Below the pieces are notes generated by a model. That model was not told the origin of the DNA. It worked only from the letters and a program-made list of their open reading frames with translations, and made no database searches. The position numbers and the translations under genes were made by a program. 64,000 nucleotides of DNA, taken from the NCBI GenBank assembly GCA_963806035.1, contig CAWDWO010000007.1:53150-117149 (forward strand). Reading direction: 5' to 3'. This document shows positions 20,448-31,674 of this stretch, in pieces. The stretch comes from Candidatus Krumholzibacteriota bacterium. GTDB taxonomy: Bacteria > Krumholzibacteriota > Krumholzibacteriia > JAJRXK01. Positions within the stretch are counted from its first letter, which is position 1, and each line of letters starts with the position of its first letter.

Positions 20448-22868
20448 TCAGCGGATGATCGTCAGCTTTCCTACCCGCTCCCCTCCCTTTGCGTTGGTGA
20501 TTCTCCAGATATACACGCCACTGACGACCTCTCGGCCCTTGGAATTCTTGGTGTCCCAGACGATGGTCCCACGCTGTTCACCGCTCACGACCTCGTTGCT
20601 CAACTCCGTCACGAGGTCCCCGGCCAAGGTGAAGATTTCCGCCTTGGAGTTCAGCGACACGTTGACGAAGTGGATCGAGGAGCCACCCGTTTCGTCCCAA
20701 CCCGCGTTCCGTCGGAGTGGATTGGGGACGACCCAGATCTTCGAGAGATCGGGAGAGACCTTCTTGCTGACGGTGAATACCGTGTTGTTGTAGTTGCCCG
20801 GGAGAATGTGGTTCTGTGCCTGCGGCGATGACTCGTATTCCGAACGGGGCGAGAACTCCATGTCCCGATCCAGACCGCGCGGGCTGACGTCGCCGGTGAA
20901 TCCATAGTCGAAGGTGCTCACCGCGTAGTGGTAGGTGAAACCATCGTAAATGTCTCGATCGAAGAAGCTCACACGGCCGCCCGGATCATCGAAATTGAAG
21001 CAGTTCGCGCGCTTGTCCGCGAAACAACCGGGGATGATCCGCGGATTCACCGCGTCGCAGGGAGTCGAGTAACAAAACTCTGGATTATTGAGGTCATAGA
21101 GACCGATCAGCTCCCAGAGGGGCTCCTTGCTGTTGGATACGAACTTCACCGAGCGCCACACTGCGTAGCCCTGGAAGGTCTGCGCCCGTATCGTGAAGGT
21201 GTCGCCCGGGCGCAACAATCCGTTGCTGTCCGCGGTATCGGCGATCATGAACCTCACGGTGAGGCCGATGTCGGCATTGCGCAGATCTTGATCCGATGCG
21301 GTCACGTCGACGGTGTCGGTGAGGGGAATCGGCGCCCCCTCCTCGTAGATCCCTCCACCTCGGCTGGCCAAGAGCAGTTCCCCGGCCCGCGCCGGATTGT
21401 AGATCAAGTCTCCCACCTGTAAAGTAACCGGCGCCACGGTGAGTTCATCATAAAGACGTGTCCAGAGCTGGCCGCCATCGACCGAGTGCAGGATGCCGCT
21501 CTCCGGAGTGGTCATGAAGAACTCACTGGCATTCGACGGGTTCTGGATGATTTTTCGCAGGGAAGGAACGAGACCGTTGGTTCCCTGCGGCAAGAACGCG
21601 GTGGAATCCGACCAGCTCAGGCCGCCATCATTGCTGACGAACAGTCCTCTGGTGGACGAGGCTGCGAGGAGCCGCTGCGGATTGTTGCTGTCGAGAATCA
21701 GACTGCGAACGCTCACCTTGCGTCCCGAGGGATATTGGGCATTGGCACCGATGACCATGCCTTGATCCCTGCGCTCCCAGCTGTCGCCGCCGTCGGTCGT
21801 CGCGTAGACGCCCCAGTTCTGCAGAGCTACGTAGATGAGATTGGGGTCATTTGGAGAACTCACCACGTCATAGACTTGGGGTAGCGCTACTTGGGCGGAA
21901 TCGGGGCTCGTCGCCGTGGGGCGAGGCACGAGGAGGGACGAAATGAGAGTCCAGTTGTCGCCGTTGTCCGTGCTCTCGAAGAAGCCCAGCCCGTTGATGG
22001 AAAGGAAGAGGCGTCCGGTCTTCTTGTCGTACCTGATCAAGCTGATCTCTTGCTTACCGCTCGAAATGTTCCGGGCGATACGCACGAAGTTCGCCCCGGC
22101 GTCCGTGGACCGATAGAGGCCGTCCGTCGATCCCACGAAGATGCGATCGGGATTGTCCGGATCCACCGCGATCGAGGAACCCGTAGCGCTCGGATTCTTC
22201 AGTTGATCGAGAATGGGATCGTTCGGCGAACTCAGAGTCACACTCCAGCTCGAGCCACCGTCATCACTGCGCAGCACGGGAATTCCCGGAATGACGACGT
22301 AGAGGCGGGTGCTGCCCTGACCATCGGACCAAGTGCCGATCGCCTCGACGTTAGTCCGGCTCAGTGACTTGGGAATCCCCTGATTCGCCTGGCTGGCGAC
22401 TCCCGAGTTGAGATCGATCTGGAAGACGCCGCCGGAGTTGGAGAGATTCAAGGAGCCCTGGAGAAAGCCTTCGGTTACCGAGGTGCTCTTCCAGATCACC
22501 GAGAGCAAGTCCACGGTGGGGTCGCCCACCGTCCCTCGATTCACGACCGTGAAGACGATATCCCGGTCCGAGTCCAGTTTGTAGGTCCCTTCCACCGTGG
22601 GCTCGAATTCCGTCAGATTATCGGCGCCCGTCAGGGTATAACAGGCGGTGCTGTCAGCGGACTCCGGTTGCCAACTGATTCGATTGCCTTCGACCGGCGC
22701 AGCCTGGAAATCGATGGTGAGATCCAGTGGCGACCGCAACAGCAAGAAGTCCTGACAGTCACCCTGTGCGCTGGCTACGCTCGGAGCCATTAAAAGGCAG
22801 AGTGCGCCGATGAACGTCAGGGCCGAATGTCGGGCTCGGGGAAACGTGAGGTGCTTGCTTCTCTTCAC
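20448..22868 (-). CDS. Secreted BNR/Asp-box beta-propeller protein with FN3-like region and T9SS/FlgD-type CTD
   Basis: GTG start at 22868 with signal peptide; repeated SxDGGxxW Asp-boxes; FQGYAVWRS...YHYAVSTFD; C-terminus IWVVPNP...IFTLAGDLV...WDTKNSKGREVVSGVYIW...GKLTIIR. Confidence 0.8.
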   Translation of the reverse strand: MKRSKHLTFPRARHSALTFIGALCLLMAPSVASAQGDCQDFLLLRSPLDLTIDFQAAPVEGNRISWQPESADSTACYTLTGADNLTEFEPTVEGTYKLDSDRDIVFTVVNRGTVGDPTVDLLSVIWKSTSVTEGFLQGSLNLSNSGGVFQIDLNSGVASQANQGIPKSLSRTNVEAIGTWSDGQGSTRLYVVIPGIPVLRSDDGGSSWSVTLSSPNDPILDQLKNPSATGSSIAVDPDNPDRIFVGSTDGLYRSTDAGANFVRIARNISSGKQEISLIRYDKKTGRLFLSINGLGFFESTDNGDNWTLISSLLVPRPTATSPDSAQVALPQVYDVVSSPNDPNLIYVALQNWGVYATTDGGDSWERRDQGMVIGANAQYPSGRKVSVRSLILDSNNPQRLLAASSTRGLFVSNDGGLSWSDSTAFLPQGTNGLVPSLRKIIQNPSNASEFFMTTPESGILHSVDGGQLWTRLYDELTVAPVTLQVGDLIYNPARAGELLLASRGGGIYEEGAPIPLTDTVDVTASDQDLRNADIGLTVRFMIADTADSNGLLRPGDTFTIRAQTFQGYAVWRSVKFVSNSKEPLWELIGLYDLNNPEFCYSTPCDAVNPRIIPGCFADKRANCFNFDDPGGRVSFFDRDIYDGFTYHYAVSTFDYGFTGDVSPRGLDRDMEFSPRSEYESSPQAQNHILPGNYNNTVFTVSKKVSPDLSKIWVVPNPLRRNAGWDETGGSSIHFVNVSLNSKAEIFTLAGDLVTELSNEVVSGEQRGTIVWDTKNSKGREVVSGVYIWRITNAKGGERVGKLTIIR

Positions 22869-22887
22869 CGATCCATCTTCCTCGGGT

Positions 22888-25227
22888 TTAATTCGTAACG
22901 TTGATGTTCCAGTTCTGCCCGATGATCCAGAGCAGAGCGGTTTCCACATTGTCCAGGTCGAAAGCCAGGGGATTGAATCCCCAGAGGAAGTCCTGCGAGC
23001 CCGGCAACTGCTTGTACGGCGAGTACACGTTGCTGACGATACCGACCGCCGCCCCGTCGATAGGGGAATCCTCTCGGCCGTAGGGCTGGCATGAAGTCTT
23101 GGCGTTTGGAATGATCGGATCCCCCGCCAGGGCCGTGCCGGCAGGCCAGACCTCGTCCCTCGCCGCGCGATGTAGGTACATGGCCATCTGGCAGTCCCGC
23201 GGGATGAGAGTGACTTCCCTCTTGGGAGCGATGTTACGGTTGTAGAACTCTTCCCACTGGTAGCGATAGAAGGCCAGATCCTTGGGATAGTTGTTCGACT
23301 GGGGAAGCCTCGGTGAATCGGCCTTCGTCACGAGATCCTGCACGACACCTTGCGCGCTGGGATACTGCTCCAAGAAGTCCGGATCAACTTCAGCCCTGAA
23401 CAGATAATCGCAACGCAGGGTGCTGGTGAGCTCAGCGCCACCGCCTTCACCGGTCCGGCCGTCGCTGACGGGCCGCACCCAGTCGCTCGCATCCAGGCAC
23501 CAGCCGGTATAGGGCCAGCGCTCAGTCCCGGCCGGGGTACACGCCCCCTCGTTGGAGAAAGCGGAACAGCCCAGTCCGAGCGGTAACCTCTCCTCGGTAT
23601 TGTAGACCACGGGGAATTCCACCGCGAGGTTCTCGATCATGCCCAGACTGGCATAGGGTCCCACGAAGAGAACGTTGCCGATCTTGGACTGATAGACCTC
23701 GAGCCAGTTGTATCTCGGTCCGGCCGTCGTGGGACGCAGTTTAGTGGCGAAGCCCGTGTTGGCACTTTTCCCCTGCACAAACCAGATCACCGACTTATAG
23801 CGGTTGATCAGACGGAAATCGACGTCCTGTCCCCTGACGTAGTCCACTGAGGGATCGAAGCTCGAAACCTTCCCTGCCAGCATGCTCTCCCATTGTGAAC
23901 GCCAGGTGATGGCAGGCTCTTGATCCTGAGGAAGGTCGTAGTCAGTGACGAAGAGCAGATCCAGCTGCTGCGAGCGCGGAGTGATCTGAACCACTTCGAA
24001 CTGAAAGGTCCCTCGCGTGATCGCGCCAGAATTGTCCCGGCACTGCACGACGAAGTTCGGACTACCCTGCTGGAAGGTCCGGGTCGAAGCACGTAGATAG
24101 CTGGTCCCACTGCCCCAGGGTACCGCCCAACCGGGGTCATCCGGGTCGTTTACGTCCTGGATCTCCCAGCCGAAACGGTAGGCATCGATGATGCCGGCGT
24201 AGTCGGAGGCGTCCGCGGTCCAGCTGAAGTTGAGCGGTTGTCCCGCTGCGATCTCGTAGGTTTTCAGCAGATTGGGACCATTGAACGCCGAGTTCCCCAG
24301 GAACTTCTCGGTCACCGACAATGTCGGCGCCTTCCCCGGTGAAATTCGTACATGACGAACGTTGGTGTTCCATTCCAGGGTGGGAGTGACCGCCCCCGCC
24401 ACGTCCTTGGCCTGTACCGCGAAGAAGAACGACTCCCCGACATCCTTGACGGGGAAGGTGACAACCCTCCCGCTGTCCTCGGGCGCGTCATACGCGATCC
24501 AATCGCTCCAGTGTCCATTGAAGATCTTGGCCGGATCGATGGTCTGGTAGATGAACCGGGTCAGGCAGGTATCCGGACCCAACGCGGGTTCCATCACGTC
24601 GCGCGTGTTGACCAGCGCATAGCGAACCGCCGCCGGATCGCTGGCAACGTTATCCGGGTCGTCGCCTTCCCAGCCGAAGGTCAATGCGCGCGCGGAGGAC
24701 ACACAGTCGATCGTACCCTTGGACTTGGGAAGGGTGATGGTGATGGTCGGCGAAAGGGTCGTGGCAGTGAAGGAAACCATCGCCGGCGTTTCGTCCGCCA
24801 CGCCCAAGTTATCCACCGCACGCACGAAAAAGGTATGCGTTTGCCAGTAACGGAAATCCTTGGGATCGGTGATCTGGGGGTTGTCGACATCGGTCTGGAA
24901 CAATGCGATATCCGCGCTCACCGAGAAGGTGGAATCGGTCACGACGGTGGAGTGCCACGGCAGACCGAGAGTGTCCGCCTGGTCCACGATGCCGTCCTGG
25001 CCGTTGTCGCTGATGCGCCACTCGAAGTGGTCGACCCAGCCGTCATTGTCCAGCCCGGTCCAGTAGAACTGCACCGTGAAAGAGGTCTGTTCGAGAGCGG
25101 GCGGTGTTGCCGTCACTCGGGTGTCGGGCGGTTGGTTTGCCGTTACTTCGCCCGTGATACCGCTTTGGCAGGCGGTGATCCCCACCGCCAACGCGAGCGA
25201 TAGAGCGATCCAGATCAGATTCTTCAT
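22888..25227 (-). CDS. Large lipoprotein of unknown function (beta-sandwich domains, C-terminal alpha/beta domain)
   Basis: ATG at 25227 after GGGAGGGG; lipobox GITAC; NQPPDTRVT...FYWTGLDNDG; HTFFVRAVDNLG. Confidence 0.75.
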   Translation of the reverse strand: MKNLIWIALSLALAVGITACQSGITGEVTANQPPDTRVTATPPALEQTSFTVQFYWTGLDNDGWVDHFEWRISDNGQDGIVDQADTLGLPWHSTVVTDSTFSVSADIALFQTDVDNPQITDPKDFRYWQTHTFFVRAVDNLGVADETPAMVSFTATTLSPTITITLPKSKGTIDCVSSARALTFGWEGDDPDNVASDPAAVRYALVNTRDVMEPALGPDTCLTRFIYQTIDPAKIFNGHWSDWIAYDAPEDSGRVVTFPVKDVGESFFFAVQAKDVAGAVTPTLEWNTNVRHVRISPGKAPTLSVTEKFLGNSAFNGPNLLKTYEIAAGQPLNFSWTADASDYAGIIDAYRFGWEIQDVNDPDDPGWAVPWGSGTSYLRASTRTFQQGSPNFVVQCRDNSGAITRGTFQFEVVQITPRSQQLDLLFVTDYDLPQDQEPAITWRSQWESMLAGKVSSFDPSVDYVRGQDVDFRLINRYKSVIWFVQGKSANTGFATKLRPTTAGPRYNWLEVYQSKIGNVLFVGPYASLGMIENLAVEFPVVYNTEERLPLGLGCSAFSNEGACTPAGTERWPYTGWCLDASDWVRPVSDGRTGEGGGAELTSTLRCDYLFRAEVDPDFLEQYPSAQGVVQDLVTKADSPRLPQSNNYPKDLAFYRYQWEEFYNRNIAPKREVTLIPRDCQMAMYLHRAARDEVWPAGTALAGDPIIPNAKTSCQPYGREDSPIDGAAVGIVSNVYSPYKQLPGSQDFLWGFNPLAFDLDNVETALLWIIGQNWNINVTN

Positions 25228-25313
25228 TGCACCCCTCCCGCACTGGGCAGGCAAGATCGTTTCTCGGGGGTCGGGATTCGTTTTCGCGAGATGGCGAGGC
25301 CTCCGCTCGACGC

Positions 25314-27548
25314 TCATTCGTCCGGCATATAGTTGTCCGGCGGCCAGAGCTGGGTGATCACGCCGGTGGCTCCCGGATCCAATCCGAGATATGCCGAATA
25401 GGTTCTCGAGACGATGCTCGTACGCCGTCCCTTGTCGGACATCGGCACCTTGGTCGTGTTGTCACCACAGCTCTCTCTCACGGTGAGAAAGCAATACGGA
25501 AAGACCTGACCGGCTTTGGCCGTTTTTCCCTGAACCCTCAGGTGAATTCTTCCGAGCTGCCTTGCCAGCACGACTCCCAACTCGTAATACGGTCCCTCGG
25601 TTCCGGTGTCCGGGTTGATCTTCGCGAAGAGATTCGGGAAACGCCAGAGGAGGTCGGGTACGAAGATCTCGACTCCCTTGCCAGGCACCCCGGCGCTCAT
25701 TTCCCAGTAATTGCTCGTTCCCGGAGAGTCCCAGCGACCGAACACGTCGCGTCCCGCCCCCTCTTTCTCCTGATTCAAGGGGTCGTATTCGCTCGCGAGT
25801 TGATAGGTCCAGGACTCCACCGAACCCTCCGGCTCGCGCGCATCCGCCCGCCCCTCGAATCGCACCGTGTAGCGAATGATCTTCCCCTGCACCACGAACG
25901 CACTGTCATTCGGCTTGGTGGCGGAGAAGACGTACTTCGAGCCGTCCCAATAACGCAAGGTACCCGAGGGCGTGTTGTCGGAATTGGCCGTGTAGTCCAC
26001 GGTGTTCGAGGGCCAACGTTGCGACAGGAAAGTCGGATCCTTGATCACCAGACTGTCGGTGTTCGCCGGCGAGACCGAGGTGAGAACCGGAATGAAACCC
26101 GCCACGAAGTTGAAAGTGGGGGGCGTCGGGTCCTTGCGCAGGAGCTCGTCCTCGGCGCGGAAGGACATGGAGTAGTCGAAGGGTCCCACGTGAAAGCCCA
26201 GCGTGTCCGCACGTTCGGCGGGACTGTAGGAGGACTTCCAGAAGTAATTCGCTCCGCGGTCGTTCGTCGCGCGGGCGTCCTCGATCCTGGTCTGGTAGCT
26301 GACCTCGCTATCGGGATTGGAGCTCAAGTTCGGGTAGTCGCAGCAAGGCAGGCCCGCGAGCAGGGGATCGTTCCGATTGCGCTCGAAGCGATCGACTCCT
26401 CGCTGTTTGAACTGCACGTACGCCTTGTCCGGTACCGTGTCCCCTTCGCTGAAATTGATCCAGTTGACGCCGTCGGTCGTGTACCGCGGCCACTGCGAAT
26501 CCTTGATCAGCTCGGTCTCGGGCGGATAATTGACGTTGTACCTCAACTCTCCCGAGAGAGCCGTGCTCTGCACCAGAGCTTCATCCAGCGCCGCCACCTT
26601 CAACAGATGGAAGCCGGAGGCCCACATGCGCAGTTCGGGACAGTCGCCCCAACCCGAATTGCAGCCCGCCGGGAGGTTGTTCGGATCGATTTCTTCGTCG
26701 TTCTGGTAGTCGAAGCAGGTGGTGTCCAACGACCAGCTCTCGACTTCACGGCCCAGATCGGGATCGTAAGTCGTCGGATAGAACAGGGCGTCCTGCAGGT
26801 CCGACGCTTTATAACGATATCCGGTGATGGCGCCGTTGGGCGATGAGGCTTCCCAGCAGATGCGGAAGTGATTGGCGAAACCGATGAAGGGTTCCTCAGT
26901 CGTCTCCGGCGAGATCAGGTTTGGATCGGGGGCCCAGGGCCATATCACGTTTCCTGCGAGCTTCGGACCGTCCGGGGTTCCCACCCAACGTTCCGTCTCC
27001 TGCCCGGATTCATCGATGGTAGTTACGCGGAAGCGAATGACCGGATTCCCCAGGCTGTTGTTGAAGAAGTGCAAGCGCGCGGGAGTGGGATCGATCGCTC
27101 CCCTGTCGTCCACCGCGACGATGTGGAAAGTGATGTCCTTGGAAGTGTTGGATTCTCGGTCGATGGTGAAGACGAAGACCGAATCGGTCTTGGAGGTATA
27201 ACCGACCACCCTCCCGTCGGTCTGCCTCAGGGTGAGCGCGTCGTCGGCGGGATCGAAGCGCTGATCTTCCTCATCCACGTCCGGCCTCGTCAAGTCGCGC
27301 ACCGTCGAATCGGTGATGGCGAAGATGAACTTCACCACCTCCCCGTCCACGTCGTTACCGTACCAATACATGTGGCGGTTGAAGACCGTACCGGTAGTCT
27401 CCGCCGGCGCTCCCGTCACGAAGGTGTCCGGTGGAATGTTGACGATGATCGGTTCGGGGTCGAAGGCCCGGCACCCGTAGAAGACCACGAGAAAAAGCAG
27501 CAGCAACAGCGCCGCGGAGGCAAATCTCGATTCGATTCGGCGTACCAT
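25314..27548 (-). CDS. Large lipoprotein of unknown function; shares its N-terminal domain with 22888..25227
   Basis: Lipobox FYGC; NIPPDTFVT...MYWYGNDVDGEV; ITFHIVAVDDRGAIDPTPA; repeated PPET and DPTP motifs; Cys-rich. Confidence 0.75.
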   Translation of the reverse strand: MVRRIESRFASAALLLLLFLVVFYGCRAFDPEPIIVNIPPDTFVTGAPAETTGTVFNRHMYWYGNDVDGEVVKFIFAITDSTVRDLTRPDVDEEDQRFDPADDALTLRQTDGRVVGYTSKTDSVFVFTIDRESNTSKDITFHIVAVDDRGAIDPTPARLHFFNNSLGNPVIRFRVTTIDESGQETERWVGTPDGPKLAGNVIWPWAPDPNLISPETTEEPFIGFANHFRICWEASSPNGAITGYRYKASDLQDALFYPTTYDPDLGREVESWSLDTTCFDYQNDEEIDPNNLPAGCNSGWGDCPELRMWASGFHLLKVAALDEALVQSTALSGELRYNVNYPPETELIKDSQWPRYTTDGVNWINFSEGDTVPDKAYVQFKQRGVDRFERNRNDPLLAGLPCCDYPNLSSNPDSEVSYQTRIEDARATNDRGANYFWKSSYSPAERADTLGFHVGPFDYSMSFRAEDELLRKDPTPPTFNFVAGFIPVLTSVSPANTDSLVIKDPTFLSQRWPSNTVDYTANSDNTPSGTLRYWDGSKYVFSATKPNDSAFVVQGKIIRYTVRFEGRADAREPEGSVESWTYQLASEYDPLNQEKEGAGRDVFGRWDSPGTSNYWEMSAGVPGKGVEIFVPDLLWRFPNLFAKINPDTGTEGPYYELGVVLARQLGRIHLRVQGKTAKAGQVFPYCFLTVRESCGDNTTKVPMSDKGRRTSIVSRTYSAYLGLDPGATGVITQLWPPDNYMPDE

Positions 27549-27677
27549 AGACTTCCCCGAGCCCCTTGGCTATGACCCCAGCAAAGGGAGCAATTCTAGA
27601 CTCTTCGACTCACCAATCCGCCACCCGGTGGGGCCTGGGTGCGTACAATTCGCGGACTTCCGACTTAAGCCGCTGGA

Positions 27678-27707
27678 AATATAGGGCTTCGCCAGCGTCA
27701 CTGTCAA
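27678..27707 (-). promoter_or_regulatory. Sigma70-type promoter of the lipoprotein operon
   Basis: TTGACA-18 nt-TATATT. Confidence 0.65.
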
Positions 27708-27817
27708 CACCTCCATCCCGAGGGAGAAAGGCAATAAACACCTTTGTTGACAGGGAGTTATGCCGCCGGAGGGATGATCTGCGCCGCCCCCCTCCCCATG
27801 GGGGGTACTGGCCCCAT

Positions 27818-29992
27818 TCAATTGGCCGGAAGCCGGCTGAGATCGGCGAAGCGCGCAAAAAGGTAGTGCAGGGACTCGAGCCAATCCAGGCGCCGCGCCC
27901 GCAGAGCGGGATCGGGCGCATTGACCAGGACTTCGACGAAGTAGCGATCGATGGGCTGCCCGAGGGTCGCCAAGGACTCATAGGCCAGAGTGTAGTCGCT
28001 CGCAGCGAGCGCTTTCTCGAGCTGCGGCAGAATCTGCTGAGCCGCTTCGACCAGCTTCTGCTCGGCCTCGTCCTCCTGCTCTTTGGCGCGGTAGCTCTTC
28101 AGCTCACCCTTCTCCCAGCGCGACCGTGACTCGCGCTGCAGCGCCTGCGCCCGCTCCTGGGGCTCGAGAGATTCCTCCGCAAGCCGGTCCGCCTTCACCA
28201 GGATGTTGCGGCACCGTCGCGCCCCTTCGATGAGCATCTGAAAGGTCTCGCTCCCCTGGAGTTTGGCCAGGTCCTCGCTGGCGCGGGCGTTCTCGACCGG
28301 ATCCAGCGGGAAGACCGAGAGCACCGCCTGTACGATCTCGGCTGGAAGTTCCTGAAGGAGGGTTTCCAGCCGACCCCAGAAGAGGCCGGTGATCACCGAG
28401 GCAGCCTTCTGCACCGTCTCCCGTGGTTGCGAATAGTTCCGCAGGCTCTTGTCGATCCAGCCCGTGAGATCACACCGCAATTCGTTCTGGCTCAAAATGC
28501 GCAGGATCGCCAGGGCCTGACGCCGAAGCGCATAGGGATCCTGACTTCCGGTGGGAATGAAGCCGGCGAGCACACAACCTGCGAGGGTGTCGAGGCGATC
28601 GGCCAGGGCCACCACCTGGCCCAGCTCACCCTCGGGAAGCCTGTCGTCCGCAAAACGGGGATAGAGGTGTTCGGCGATCGCGTCCGCGACATCCTCGTCC
28701 TCCCCTGCGGCCAGGGCGTAATAGCGCCCCATGACCCCCTGCAGCTTGGTGAACTCCTTACCGTCCTTGATCATCTCGGTGGCCAGATCGCTCTTGGACA
28801 AGAGCCCGGCGCGATGGACCTTCTCCCGGGGCAGATTCGGCATGAGAGCTTCTGCGAGTTCACAGGCGAGTCCCGCCACGCGATGGCACTTGTCACCCAC
28901 CGAACCAAAGCCCTCGATCCAGACGACGGAGCCCAATCGACGCAGTTTTTCTTCGCTGCTCTGCGCCTTGTCCTCGTTCCAGTAGAAGACCGCATCTTCC
29001 AGACGGGCGCGCAACACGCGTTCATTCCCTTCCTTCACGTTCTTTCGGCCTTCGTCCGCGCCGTCTCGAAAGGTGAGGAAGTGCGGGAGAAGCGCGCCCT
29101 CGCTCGACTCCACGCTGAAGTAGCGCTGATGGGCGCGCATGGCGGTGATGATGACTTCCCGCGGCAGAACTTGGGTCATGGCCGGGTCGAAATCACCGCG
29201 CACCCCGCGGGGGTGCTCAGCCAGGTACACCAGCTCTTGCAGAAGTTCGCCGTCCTCGTGAACGCGACCTCCGATTTCTTCGGCCAGCTGTCCAGCCTCG
29301 CTTTCGATGAGCTTCCGCCGCCGAGATGGGCGGACGATGACCGAAGCTTCGGCCAGGCAGGCCTCGTAGGACTTGGCATCGGGCAACTCTACCCGCCCCC
29401 CATGCAGAGTGCGATGTCCGCGGGTCTCGCGGCCGGCCCGAAGCGGAGTCAGCTGCAAGGGCACGAGCTCCTCGCCCAAAAGACAGACCAGCCAACGAAT
29501 GGGCCGCGCGTAACTCAGGTCGTTGCCGGGAATCCAGCGCATGGTCTTGGGGAAACCCAGATTCACGAGGCGGCGCAGGAGCCCTCCCTCTTGCAAGAGA
29601 TCCAGGGTTCGTTCGCCGCCGAGTTCGAGTTCGATGCCCAAGCGCTCGCCCTTTTCCTGCGGGATGCGCCGCAGGTCCTCGACTTTCACTCCCACACTGC
29701 GCGCGAATCCTTCGGCTGCCTTGGTCGGCTTTCCTTGCGCATCGAAGGCCGCGTTCACCGCGGGGCCCAGCTTCAGACTCTTGGTGCGCGGTGTCGCCAG
29801 TGCAACTTCATGAACCAATACGGCGATCCTGCGCGGAGTTGCGAAGGATTCCACCTTGTCTGCGGGAAAATCGATCCCCTTTTCCTTCAGAAAGGCGCTC
29901 ACCCTCTCGACCAGAACTTTGCGAGCGCGATCGAGATAGCCGGCCGGGATTTCCTCACTGCCGATTTCCAGCAGAAACTCGCTTCTATCCAC
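27818..29992 (-). CDS. glyS: Glycine--tRNA ligase beta subunit
   Basis: [73 protein letters not shown] start overlaps the end of glyQ. Confidence 0.96.
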   Translation of the reverse strand: MDRSEFLLEIGSEEIPAGYLDRARKVLVERVSAFLKEKGIDFPADKVESFATPRRIAVLVHEVALATPRTKSLKLGPAVNAAFDAQGKPTKAAEGFARSVGVKVEDLRRIPQEKGERLGIELELGGERTLDLLQEGGLLRRLVNLGFPKTMRWIPGNDLSYARPIRWLVCLLGEELVPLQLTPLRAGRETRGHRTLHGGRVELPDAKSYEACLAEASVIVRPSRRRKLIESEAGQLAEEIGGRVHEDGELLQELVYLAEHPRGVRGDFDPAMTQVLPREVIITAMRAHQRYFSVESSEGALLPHFLTFRDGADEGRKNVKEGNERVLRARLEDAVFYWNEDKAQSSEEKLRRLGSVVWIEGFGSVGDKCHRVAGLACELAEALMPNLPREKVHRAGLLSKSDLATEMIKDGKEFTKLQGVMGRYYALAAGEDEDVADAIAEHLYPRFADDRLPEGELGQVVALADRLDTLAGCVLAGFIPTGSQDPYALRRQALAILRILSQNELRCDLTGWIDKSLRNYSQPRETVQKAASVITGLFWGRLETLLQELPAEIVQAVLSVFPLDPVENARASEDLAKLQGSETFQMLIEGARRCRNILVKADRLAEESLEPQERAQALQRESRSRWEKGELKSYRAKEQEDEAEQKLVEAAQQILPQLEKALAASDYTLAYESLATLGQPIDRYFVEVLVNAPDPALRARRLDWLESLHYLFARFADLSRLPAN

Positions 29993-30869
29993 GGCCCACC
30001 TTCTTGAGCAGGGGGAAACCCATCTCTTCCCGCTTGGCGACATAGGCTTTCGCGGCCAGGCGGGCGAGTCTGCGCACCCGTGCGATATAACCCGTGCGCT
30101 CGGTGACGCTTATGGCGCCGCAAGCTTCCAAGAGGTTGAAATAGTGACTGCACTTGGTCACCGCATCGTAGCCGGGGAAGACCAGACCCTTTTCCAGAAG
30201 AATTTCCGCTTCCTTCTCCCGCTCCTCGAACCAACGAAAATAGAGTTTGGTGTCGACCCATTTGAAATTGAACTCGCTGAATTCACGCTCCGACTGGCCG
30301 TTCACCTCGCCCCAGGTAACGCCCCCTCCCCAATTCAGGTCCATGACGTGATTGCAGTCCTGGATGTACATGGCCAGGCGCAAAAGGCCGTAGGTGAGTT
30401 CGCAGCTCACCGGCTCCAGTTCCAATCCACCACACTGCTGGAAATAGGTGAACTGCGTGACTTCCATGCCGTCCAACCAGACTTCCCAGCCGAGCCCGGC
30501 CGCGCCCAGAGTCGGACTCTCCCAGTCGTCTTCCACGAAACGGACGTCGTGCGCTTTGGGATCGATTCCGATCGCGCTGAGACTGCTGAGATAGAGTTCT
30601 TGCACATCTTCCGGCGCCGGTTTGAGCAGCACCTGGTACTGCAGAAACTGCTGCACGCGATTCGGGTTTTCGCCGTAGCGGCCATCCTTGGGCCGCTTGG
30701 AGGGCTCGACGTAGGCAACGCGCCAGGGCTCGGGCCCCAGACACCGCAAGAAAGTGTTGGGATTGAATGTCCCCGCCCCCACCTCGGAGTTGTGGGGTTG
30801 CACGATGACGCAGCCCTGTGCCATCCAGAACCGCTGCAGTTCGTGGATCATCTCCTGATAGCTTTTCAC
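29985..30869 (-). CDS. glyQ: Glycine--tRNA ligase alpha subunit
   Basis: [59 protein letters not shown]. Confidence 0.98.
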   Translation of the reverse strand: MKSYQEMIHELQRFWMAQGCVIVQPHNSEVGAGTFNPNTFLRCLGPEPWRVAYVEPSKRPKDGRYGENPNRVQQFLQYQVLLKPAPEDVQELYLSSLSAIGIDPKAHDVRFVEDDWESPTLGAAGLGWEVWLDGMEVTQFTYFQQCGGLELEPVSCELTYGLLRLAMYIQDCNHVMDLNWGGGVTWGEVNGQSEREFSEFNFKWVDTKLYFRWFEEREKEAEILLEKGLVFPGYDAVTKCSHYFNLLEACGAISVTERTGYIARVRRLARLAAKAYVAKREEMGFPLLKKVGRG

Positions 30870-31648
30870 TGCTTGGCTCCTCGTTCATCTTTGGGAACGC
30901 TGAGCCAGTACAGGGCCTTGGGAATACGATACTGGGGCAGGTGGTAGCTCATGTGCAGATGAAGGCACTTGCCGATTTGCCTTCGTTGCTGCTCGCTCAA
31001 CTCCATTGCGTTCTCTCCGTCCAGCGTCTGATCCAAGGCTCGCCAGGTGTACAGCTCCTCGGCGTTTACCCTCTGCCCCTTGCCCAGGCTGCAGCGAGTG
31101 CAGCTCAAATCTCCCTCGTTGGGCCTGAAGAAGGCTGCGTCGCACTCCATCAGGGAAGCGCCACAAACTCCGCAAGCGTCTAACTTGATCCCCAACCCCA
31201 GATTCCACAAGAGCCGCGATTCCAGGGCGAAGAACAGGGCGGCCACGCCAGGGGAGCCCTCCTCGTGCCAGCGCTGCAAGTAGCCGCGGAAGACTGCCAC
31301 GACTTCCGGGTCGGGTTCCCTTTCGGGTAGCAGACGATCCGCCAGTTCCAGGGCGGCGAGAAGGTAGGAGAGCTTATCCAGGCTGCTGGCTCCGGTCAAG
31401 ACGGCCCGGATCAGGCTCGCCTCGCTGAGAGTCCAGAGTTCACGATCCTTGCGGGGATAGAACAGAAGCTCGACTTCGTTGCCGGGCTCGAGCACCCCCG
31501 TGAGCGGTGAGTTGGGCCTGCGTACGCCCTTCGCCACCACTTTGATCTTCCCGTGCTCTTTGCTGAGAGCGCTCACGATGCGAGAGCTCTCCCCCAACTT
31601 CAAGCTGCGGAGAACGACCGCCTCGTCCCGGCATACCCTGCCGCGCAT
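30866..31648 (-). CDS. recO: DNA repair protein RecO
   Basis: [17 protein letters not shown]...[13 protein letters not shown]; Zn finger CGVC...CTRC; located upstream of glyQS. Confidence 0.92.
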   Translation of the reverse strand: MRGRVCRDEAVVLRSLKLGESSRIVSALSKEHGKIKVVAKGVRRPNSPLTGVLEPGNEVELLFYPRKDRELWTLSEASLIRAVLTGASSLDKLSYLLAALELADRLLPEREPDPEVVAVFRGYLQRWHEEGSPGVAALFFALESRLLWNLGLGIKLDACGVCGASLMECDAAFFRPNEGDLSCTRCSLGKGQRVNAEELYTWRALDQTLDGENAMELSEQQRRQIGKCLHLHMSYHLPQYRIPKALYWLSVPKDERGAKQ

Positions 31649-31674
31649 GAACCCATCTCCTGAAGTCCGGAGGC

